From contig CM082581.2 of the NCBI GenBank assembly GCA_040954595.2, positions 9,837,878 through 9,901,877 on the forward strand: 64,000 nt of DNA, in the 5' to 3' direction. A model generated the notes under the pieces. That model was given only the letters and a program-made list of their open reading frames with translations, was not told the DNA's origin and ran no database searches. The DNA comes from Balanoglossus misakiensis. Lineage: Eukaryota > Animalia > Hemichordata. The position numbers and the translations under genes are program-made. Below, in pieces: positions 53,801-64,000 of this stretch (positions are counted from its first letter, which is position 1; each line of letters starts with the position of its first letter).

Positions 53801-56390
53801 AGTTGGAGAGTTCTTTTGTTTATTATGTGTCATTATATTTATTTTGTGTCATTAAAGGTGGAAAAGGACATCAAGGAATACATGATGAAAGCGCTGAAGT
53901 ATTGCGAGGCGGAGGAGTCCTCACCGCGACAATCCATTGTACAGTATAGAGCTGCCACAGTTCATCATAGACTGGCGTCTATGCATCATAATTCCTACAG
54001 GAACCAGGTATGAGACCTACATTCTCTCACATTTCCTGCACAACACGACACCATAATTCCCATAAATATCCCATGATGCACAACGGTTTCATAGAAATCA
54101 AAGTTGTTTCCCCAGAATGCCTCGTGAGTGCCACATCAACAGGTTATCATAACTCCTCATGAAAATTACCCCGAAATAATGTCAAAAGTGAGCTACTCTA
54201 TCCCTTGAACTGTATTGACATGCATGTCAGAAATGTCTGACTCTGAGCCGAATGGATATTTCCAGGGTCTTGAGATATATCTGGCATGTTTCAGTTCTTG
54301 TCTCTGTTTATGCCAGGTTTACTGCATTACCCTAATTTGATATCTCCTGTATATATTGGTGTGTGCCTGTTACACCATCTTTTGTTATGGTCAAGATGTT
54401 ATAGCGCCATCAGTGGCCAGTGGAAGACAGTTCAGTGAGTCCCCCCACCCCAAGATGTAAAAATCAGCACCTTTTCCATTTATTCTAGATCAATGAACAG
54501 AAGAAAAAACACAGTAGAACGTTAGCAGATTTGCACTATGGGAAGGCTTTGAAGCTGTTCCAAGAATTGGATCGTCCCTCCGAGCTACTGCGAATCTTGC
54601 TAGAAAGAGTCGCAATGTGTGAACATCAGCTCAACAGTAAGTGAATTAATTTTTTGTAACATTCTTCATTTGTTCATAATTCTAGAAAAAAGTGTCATGA
54701 CGTATAATATACATATGTTGAGTACCACTGACTATATGTCAGCCAGGCAGACTCATAACAGCCATTACTGTGTGCTAGCAATTTCCCACCCTTTCAAGGT
54801 CATGCTGGGGTCACGAAGACAGCCAACAGTAGCAGTCTTTACCCCCGCAAACAAAATATTTGTAAATGTGATAATTCAGTCTGACAGTCTTCAGAGAGTT
54901 GGGAGCTGGCTGAGTGTGCTGAGTGACTATCCGGTTATCAACCTCTAATGTCTCGTGGAAGATCAACACTTGACATGTTTTCTGCTCTTTAAGAGGTGAC
55001 TGACTGTTTTACGGAGGAATTTGAAAACACGGAACAAACACAGAAGTGGTTCACCTGCCCCTTCTGGGTCAGACACTTCCCTGGGGGATGCTTCTGAAAA
55101 GGAAATTGCTACTTCAGTGACATCAAATTTAATTACCTTGAAAGAATTTTATCACTGTTCCAATATTTATTGGTGTTTGGCGTGTATCACTATCAGAGAC
55201 TAGGAAAAATGTGCTGTATTTCCTGAGGATCAATCATACAAAACCACATTTTCTGAGCAGAAGGTCACACGGCCAATAAATTGTGCCAATTGCAGGCAAA
55301 CCTGTCAAATTGTCACAATGTAGCGCAGCCTTGCCTACCACCTGCACGAGTGGTGTCCAAGTATCAAAGTATCCAGAACAAGGGCCGGGGCAGGGTCCCC
55401 ACACCTATCATACTACCTGGTAAATAGAGAATTTCCGTTTCAATTGTACACAGTGGTATACCTTATACGGCCAAACATATAAATATCTTCAAGTTACACC
55501 AAAGCAAACAAACAAACACAGAAGCCAAACAGAGTGGGGAGAATGACCCCAAAATATGCGGTTTGACCTCTCTGCTCCATCCCTTCCCAGGTCAGACGGG
55601 AAGTGGCGCCAAGATCAAAACTCTGCAAACAGCGCTGGATTTCCTGCTGCAGAGCAAACAGTCCTTGGAGGGAATCTGTCGCGACTTCTCCGAGTCTCTC
55701 AATGAAGATCCTGTCCGAAGCCGCTTGTTGAGTGCCACGGCAGAAACCAAAGTAAACGAAGCTTTAGAAAAGACCGAGACAGACAAACATGAGGAGGAGA
55801 ACGCTAATAATCTTCGGAAGAAACAGGACACTGAAGTTGTCCCGGATAGTCCGGGGAGAAATAAGGAAAATAATTCTGATTTCAAAGAGAAAAAAATCAA
55901 CAGTGGGGATAATGCCCGTGATCCCGATAATGCAGATGATATTCAAGACTCGGATAAGAATGACAAACAGTGTATAACCAAAGAACTGGAAGAGATAGAG
56001 AACTTAGTGTCAATACTACAGTCAAGATTACAGTTTATTTTGTTTCATCATGTTAAGTTACACTCCACCAAGAAAGGGTAAGTCTGTGAAGTTGTATCCA
56101 TTTACATACATGTACATGTACCTAAGTCTAATACCTAGCTGCATTTTGTCCGCTTTGCTTCAAAACTGAACCCAACTTGATACTAGACTAACATCTACAA
56201 GCCACCTGTCATGATCTTTTGAGATTTCTTAATATTCTTGTTCGTTTACTTCTCCAGGGATCAGAGCAAATTATCAAAGTACAAGAGGATGTACGCAGTT
56301 GCCTTGTCGAGTGTGAAGGCCGAAGGAAACCTGGCAATGACCTTGCTTGATACAGTGGAGCGAATAACGGAGATATGGGTCAGGTCATGA
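47849..56390 (+). CDS. EDRF1: Erythroid differentiation regulatory factor 1 homologue, 20 coding exons
   Basis: Exons 47849-47953, 48346-48530, 48715-48778, 48922-49047, 49150-49283, 49481-49616, 49713-49834, 50101-50360, 50521-50686, 50974-51043, 51154-51438, 51569-51899, 52096-52305, 52466-52675, 53022-53224, 53516-53668, 53858-54007, 54489-54636, 55591-56077, 56258-56390. Motifs TDLKRPPANWLR, SFGMA, ENIKTLLKIP, VHRIGRTLLLDE, MLIGSDLPIFGGG, INVLTGLDYWLDNLICNVPEL and SNCTKEGHTYWLFKG match EDRF1. Confidence 0.93.
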
Positions 56391-58737
56391 TGACTGTGCA
56401 GTGATGAAGAGAACAGCATGAAAGACTATGCAACTGAAACCTGGCTGTTGTTGGGTTTGTTTCAAGTGGGTTTCGTCCGGAGACTTTTTGAGATGTCCCT
56501 CACCCACACACCTGCTGCTGGAGTCCTATCACAGTGGGTGGTCCCTTTGGGGGTGGGTGGCTGTGACCCCCAACTTCTGCCAACTTGGGTTTCCTCCTCC
56601 CAGTAAACACTGTGGTGTGAAGTTCATATATTATTTACAAGATAATGACTTTGTGTCTATAATAGTGGGGGTATAAAGTGGTCACTTCTGTGATGCAGAT
56701 AGGCTGCATTTTATAGCATGTATTCAGTCGAGTTTGTGTGAGGTGTAGGAACATGGTAGTTGCAATGTCAGTGCATTGTTAACACTTGCTGGTGATTTAT
56801 GGCAAGGTGACTTTGTGATTCGTTCGCGCGGAGACACGGTCATTTACGGAGCTGTGTTCAATGTCATGTCATTGTTCTGTGGCTCAGAAGTGGTAACACA
56901 ATCTTTTGGTCCTCTTTCATGATGAATACAGTGCAGCAAACCAAATGAAGGGTAGTACGTTACTGTTAAGGGGGTTTATTTATTTCTCTTGGAACAGAAA
57001 GCTATGTTCCCTCCCGTGCCAAGTCACAACATTGGTTACAATACTTTTATGAACACCTGCAAACACCTCGAGTCTCTCTGTAAACTTCAAAGAGGAAACT
57101 GTGCCCCCCGAACACCGCAGGCTGAATAGCCGGTGCGACCTTGGATAGTGTCGGGTGAGAAAGTGCCATCAATAATAAAACAAAGTGGGCATTTCCAGTC
57201 AGTGACATGCGATCCATGCACACAGCAAATCACACCACAATGGGGTTACACACGTAATAATACTCAATCTTGCCAACATTACAGTAAACAGTTCTAGTAT
57301 TTGCCCAGCTATTGAACCGCCCGACTTCCTGCAGTTACCTCATAACAGCGTTAAACACTGGGTTTCTGCTTTCACGGTTCTCTGATCTGTTCCAGGACGT
57401 TGGGCGCGTAAATTGCGCTGTGCATGACTGGCTGTTGCAGTGTCGGCCCTGTCCTCCGGTCATTTTCTGGTGAACGTAATTTCGTCAGGGCAAATTCTAT
57501 AAAAAAAAATCTCTGTTGTTTTGCTGTCTTTCTGTTGACTTTGCTGGAATGTTTCTGTATACATCTGACTTTATATAGAAACCTGAAATAAAACCAGATC
57601 AGATGCTCGTTTTTGTCATACTTTCAGTATTACTTTTTAAATCTTGTTTAAAGTTGACAAAACATTTTTGATTTTTGGTTGCCACATAGTCTCCACTTCT
57701 AAACATAAGATTTTATGATCTGAAGGACCCCACCCCAAAACGCCTTAAGTAAGGGAAATTCTTCGCTTTGGGGAACATATAAGTCATATATGCAACTTGT
57801 AAACAACATAGCCTGAGGGGAGGGGGGGGGGGACAACACACACCCTTGCTGTAATGTTTGGCTACATAAAAAAGAAACAGGCCCTCAGAATCAATCTCTG
57901 TCCAACTGACACGCCTTTGTCAACTATTTGTTAGCAGTAAACTGATAAATATCTATCAGGCCAGAGGGTGAGTCTAATATAGTCTGTCTGAAGGTTGAAA
58001 AACACGAGAAAGTGTATCCGTGTATGTTTTGTGTGAGTTTGCATGTGGATATGCACATGTTTGCATTTCTCAGACACATAGAAACAGCTGTCATGATTAA
58101 ATTGGTGCAAATCTGAAACCCATGATTATTTTTTTTCTCCGGCTACTTGTGTGGGTTTTTTTCACTTACCTACTTTAAGAGAGGTATATATATTTAAAGA
58201 GACTCAAATTACAAATAAGTTCAGAATTTATCTCGCGGGAGAGAATGTCAAATCCTGTGTTATACGTCTTGTAATTTTTTCAGAAAAATAAAGAAGGGTT
58301 TGATTGAGTGATGGAAAGTATCTGTAAATAATTTTTCCGAGTGCCGATGTCACACAAAAAGACAGAAAATTGTTTTTTGTTTTTTTTATCTTGAATTTGG
58401 GAATCAGTTTTCTTATATGCATTTCTGTTTCAGACCATCTTTGACGAAACGTTTCCCGTTGTATGTTCAGAGGTCATGAGAACGTTAAGAGCTGGCACTG
58501 CGTTTGAAGGTCAATGACCTCTGGACTTTTCGCGATGAGAGGAAATCTTCAAAAAATAGTACACGACCGCAATTCAAATAAACACTTTAAAGAGGAAAGG
58601 TAATACTTGACAAGGACAGGGGCTATCTACAAAGTTATACTCTGTGATGTTGAGACATTAATCATTCTGTTGATCTCATACGTGGGCTGACGGGAGGGCT
58701 TATACACAAGCAAAACGCACGTAGACCTACGTGCACA

Positions 58738-58784
58738 CATACATACATACATACATACATACATACATACATACATACATACAT

Positions 58785-58821
<37 letters not shown>

Positions 58822-58881
58822 TACATACATACATACATACATACATACATACATACATACATACATAGACAGACAGACATA
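58738..58881. repeat. (ACAT)n/(AC)n microsatellite
   Basis: Read directly. Explains the YVCM repeat ORFs. Confidence 0.97.
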
Positions 58882-60288
58882 CAATATTACAAAATCTACC
58901 TTGTGATTGAACAGTGACAAAAAGCTTAACAGTTCAAATGACTTTGCATAGTGGTAAATTTCGTGTGAAGTTAAACGCTCCATTTAAGAAAGTTTAACTC
59001 AAACCGAATGACCTGATTATGACACTGGAACCAGTCTGATGTAATAAATTCCTGGTGAATCTTACAAAACCAGTATTTTTGTTGGTCTTTGACCCTTGAC
59101 GGACTACACACACTTTCATTTGATATTGCGGATTTTGTTTCTTGCAGAATTCCCACATCAGCGTTAAAATATATAGTTAATGGAATATTCTTGTTTGACC
59201 CCAAAGTGCTTTTGATGACCGAGTTGGAAACACATCTTTGACGTATCACAGTACACCATATTTTCTTCACAGAGGTGTTGACAGATTCTAATTCACCATG
59301 CAGTCAGAAAAAGAAAACATTTCCACATAAAGCAGAGTTTACATCAAATGATGGGCAGTAGCTTGAAAGGCTGTGTAAATATCGAAACGGGATATCAACA
59401 CGTTTCTTTAACACCATTAAAAACATCGTTTGACATTGACCAGCCTGTGTAATGACATCTTAATAGGCGCGCCACGAGTGACGAGCAAACGCTAAACTTT
59501 TGTTTTTATTAGTCATTTTCAGACTCGGGTTCAGTTTGCACTAAGCTTTGTGAAATGCCAAATTTTAATTTTTCCCCGCTATCTTCTATCTGCGCCCCTC
59601 CCCTGACACATACGCCCCTACCCCCACCCCATGGTCCCTCCTAAGCGCACATCCCATGTCTTCTACCAGTTGATCATGTGTGGCATTCAAAGCATACCGT
59701 CTCCACAGACTGCTCTCCTTGAGTGCAGTGCCAGTCTTTCTGTCCGCCATGAGTGGAGGTATTATGACTGTGAATAGGCGGACTTGAAGACGATTAAACC
59801 CAGGGCAGAAATCAGCCAATCGCCAATAGTCAATTGATGACTTTGCGGTAGCCAGCGGGCAGATCGTGACAATTCAAGCTGTCTGCAGCTAACGACGGCC
59901 ACGGCAACTTTTGTATATCCAGATTGTGTGCACTGTGCGGCTAATTACCTTGTTGCCTTGTTTGTTGTTTTAATCACCGGTTCCGTCATCGGCTCCATTT
60001 GCTTTCTATTTCACCGCTTTAATTAATTTACGATTGCGTCATTTACCACCGCCATTCATGGTGACGTGACCGGGGCTTGTGAGAAAACCGAGGACCGTCT
60101 CCTCGCCTGTGTGTGTATGTGCAAGCATCTACGTGCGTTCGTGGGCTCGGTTCGTGAGTGTCTATGACGCAAATATTCCCTCATCTCTACACACTTTGTA
60201 CAGTCTCTCTCTATGCGATCACGGACACTGTATCTGACAATAACTTGTGTTTTTTGAAAGGGGTCTATTGGTACACCCATCAATATTT

Positions 60289-60348
60289 CCATCCACCCAT
60301 TCATTCATTCATCCATCCAGCGATCTATCCATCCAACCATCCATCCAT
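60289..60348. repeat. Degenerate (CCAT/TCAT)n microsatellite
   Basis: catccacccattcattcattcatccatccag...ccatccaaccatccatccat. Confidence 0.7.
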
Positions 60349-63300
60349 ATTTAAACCTACCTACCACGTCATCACGTAGTGTTAACCATTATGATCTGTA
60401 TGATTTGTCCGAACGATTTTCAATCAAAGCGGAACAAAAAGTATAAAAAAATATGATAATAATAAGTGTAGAATGGACTTATCATAGTCCGTTCGTGCAG
60501 GTATTTTTTTTCCGGTTGTCACCAGTGTTTGTCGGGTGTTTCCAGTGCGGAACAAGAGCGAAGTATTGTGATAGCCGCGTTCAAACTGTGGTATGTGTGT
60601 CTTTCATCGCTGTGGTGAATGCTGACTCCGGGATCAGCGACCCAAACAGACAGACAAAAATGATGAATCGTGCGTTGCTGCAGTGGCTTGAAAAATAAAA
60701 CCTGCGTGTTGTTATTTGGCTTGTGGTTACATTTAGAGCCATATTTTCTGAGTGGTTTTAATACATTATCCGGGATCAAGTTGACAGAGCGGTATGCATG
60801 GCTTGAGTGCATGAGTATACACGGGACGGTGGCATTGGGCATTGGGATACCAATTTGGAAAGGTGTAGTCTATACGCACAGGCGCTCGTGTGCTTTTCTA
60901 TCCGCAGTAGCTCGTTTACTACACTTTGCACTGTAACCACTCCCCAAAATTGCAGTGAGCGGGCGGGTGTGGGTATAGAGCGTCGTACGAGCGTCTGTGA
61001 GACCGCACCGTTCCCCGACGTGTAGTGTCTCGCGTGAGTGCGTTTCAAATATGTTCCCCATCGGACACTCTTAAAGTCATAGAAACTCGCCCCCGAAAGA
61101 GAATAAAACACGAGGAGACATTGTAAGACATAAGAGATGGGCGAGAAGAAATGGCCCGATGCGTGCGTGTTTTTTGGAAAGTTAACGGTGATTTATGGAA
61201 GCTACTTGTTTTGCGGTGGCAAAGAATGCGCGTAGCAAGGTGGCGAAACTGTCAGTTTGCCTATCGCGATCTTTACCATACTTTGACCCGAGGTAATCGC
61301 CCAGCATGGCTGACTACATTAAAGACCGGGCATAATTCACGATTAAAAGGCGTTTTTTGCTTTATTTCGTGGCCACGGGCTATCTTTTATGTTGGATGTG
61401 TCTGAATCTTTTTTTTTCTTTCTCTGGCGAGGGTGGAGCGTTTGATCGGAAACTGAAGTGTCTTTCAATTGACTGGCCAAGAGGTCTTATCACCATAACT
61501 GACACAGTCGATTACTTTTTAAGGAGGCGTCGCAACTACTTTCCATCGCCCCCTTGATGTCACAAGTATGTATTCCTCATACGTTTTCACTGGCTATGCA
61601 ATGATATGAAAGGCCTCCTTGAATTCCATCTCGACAAATAGTCGGTTCCATGCACCACCGTCGCCGTACAAATTCAACCGGACACAATAGATGTGCAACC
61701 ACCCCAAGCCTGTACAAATATTTCTAAAAGAAAAATTGAATAGAAAACGTTAACAGTGAAGTTATTTAAAGTGAAATAGTGTTACTTAGTACAACACAAA
61801 TATGTATCTATGCCGCAAATTGATAGGCACAGACAGACTGACAGATAAGAAATCGGAAGAAACGATATGCTGTGTCGAGTTCGATGTGATATAGCATTGT
61901 AAAATTCAATGTCAAACGGTTCCTATCGCCGCTTTGCTCTGTCTGGACACGTATTGAGTATTAGGTGGTGCGCACTCAAGACACACTACACGGCCGACGC
62001 TGACGAGCGACAAGTGATGGAATGGTTCCTCTACGCAAATGGTGCACGTGCTCACCGCCTCCAGTGTTATTCTATCAGTCTACGCATCTGTTGTGTGACA
62101 TCATATCAGACCTTCAAATAAATAACGCGTATTTGTTTACAATGTCCACGCCCTCTTTATTAAATTTTGTGTTGTTTTCGCTGAATGCCCCATCCCACCC
62201 CCAACACACTCCTCCACAAAAGCCTATTTACTTTCTACCTCTCTGGAATCCCATTCACCCTTGCTGCCATGGAAACCGTCCCGCACCGAAATCAGGTCAG
62301 CTGCGACACACAAGGTGTGACGTATCCTTTAGGTGTCACTTGAGCTTGGGTGTCCACAATGACATGCATTTGCTGTCAGGCACATTCCATGCGCGGTCGA
62401 GTCAGTGTCCAGAATCTGCGGCCTTGCAGCAGTGCAGGGCGTACAGCCGAACCGCCGACCAGGCTAGAGTTAGTTAAACATAATATATGCAAGGGTGCCC
62501 TGCCTAGGAGCCACAGCACGTGGGCATCTTCAATAGAACGCGCTGAGTCACCGTCATTGTCATTCTCGTAGCTTAGCAAAGCACAAACAATCAGACGAAT
62601 TCGATACAACATACTTCTGTCATGAACGTTCTAGAAAACCAAATATTTCGATAGCAGTGACTCAAATCGTACATAAAACACACAAAAGCGTTGGCAATCC
62701 CGTACAGTACTTATTTGACACACCCCAAAATGATACCGCATCACAAAATGTCAAATACATGATAATCCACAAGATGCACGGAATAGCAAAGATGAAGATT
62801 ACTCCTGATATTGGCCGCAAATAAGTCCTTTTTGGTATAGCCCTACTTTCTTGGACAATTATTGTTTTCACGGCTGCAAGTCGCCTTACTACTGTTCTAT
62901 CATATTGGATACGTACACACAACTTTGGAAATGTTCAATAGATATGATGAGATGAGAAGCATCATATCAACAAATTAGATATTTGCGTCACGTATATAAG
63001 GCACGTACGTGCAAGTTTGGTTACTAAGGGATGGGATGACGTAATGCGATGAGATACATGCTCTTTTTTTCATTAAAGTGGCGTGGATGATCATGATATG
63101 GAAGACTCACACAAATGTCTTCTTATCACATTACACGAGATGAAACGATGCAAGACCCGGAGCAAATGTAAATGGACACAGTTGATAAACCCGCGTCTGG
63201 GTCATCGGGTATGTGGATCAGCGGAGGTTGTCGCTGAACGCCCCCGAACGTTGCATTCCGCGTGTAGGCCCGCATACTTTCAGGCCTATTTCACGGGTCG

Positions 63301-64000
63301 TTCCGGAGTTTTAAGCAAAACAATTTATTTGTAATTACATATGATTCACGGCGTGTCTGGACGGTAGGGTGGAATTGAAGACGGCGATCGTCAGCCGTGC
63401 GGTGGCCATTTCTCCACGCACCGATGCGACCGGACAATTTGAGGATCGAGTGTTTGGCATAGCATCGGTTAAAAAACTCGTCCCACACAATGAAAACGAT
63501 GAAGTATTGAGCTTTCAAGGTACATTACACATAGATTTTTTTCTCACCTGTAAATAGAGTGCTAATACTTGGATTGCAAGAGACATCCCTCAGGAATTCA
63601 TCCAGCGGCTAATTCTGCTCATGTGTGTGAAAACAAAATGCCAAACAAGTCAGCTGGTTGTGTTCCGCGTGGAAATAAATGTTTGAAATTCCCACATGAA
63701 TTATCACCAGCTGATGGTAAAGACTTAAGAGAATATGCTAAGTCATCGGTATTGCCTTGCAGCTCTACCAGACAGACAACCCGTACATCTATTGCAATTG
63801 TTATGCATTCTTTTGGACAGGTGCAAATTTCATTTTTGCTTACAGTATTGAATACTAACGGCCGCTTATATTTTCCACCTCGCGACTTCGGTAAGGCAAG
63901 TTTTATTTGAAACATTAAAAAATCCCAAAGTGACAAATCTTGTGAGTCTAGTTTATTTGGGATGTAATGGTCATGCTCGAGTTGACTTATGCGTTAAACA

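Noticed and set aside
56388-56393. Tandem TGA TGA at the EDRF1 stop as possible selenocysteine or readthrough
   Set aside because: No convincing SECIS or readthrough context was seen, and the protein already appears complete.
57339-57497. Exon-like segment on - strand (ttttatag ... GAG|gtaact), with an AATAAA near 56976
   Set aside because: No frame is open across it, there is no recognisable homology and no partner exons were found.
59500-64000. Many short ORFs in CpG-rich DNA at the right end
   Set aside because: No recognisable domains or consistent exon chain. Likely regulatory, intronic or repeat-derived.

Overview
Intron-rich animal genomic DNA. The gene set and AT-rich introns suggest an invertebrate deuterostome, possibly a hemichordate (inference). 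Six protein-coding genes can be assembled from splice sites and recognisable homology: the 5' end of an ARID5B-like BAH-domain gene (-); a CD39/NTPDase-family ecto-apyrase with an in-frame N-terminal ubiquitin-like domain (+); alpha-L-iduronidase IDUA (-); a two-exon metabotropic glutamate receptor-like class C GPCR (-); PRADC1 (-); and EDRF1 (+). Two observations stand out. First, IDUA carries two tandem 96-nt copies of the exon encoding the catalytic acid/base motif WNEPD, only 44 nt apart and preceded by a cluster of (U)GCAUG motifs, which is the layout of regulated mutually exclusive exons giving two active-site variants. Second, the ubiquitin-like + TM + NTPDase + TM fusion is an architecture I do not know from characterised NTPDases. 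All gene models were read by hand and lack transcript evidence.
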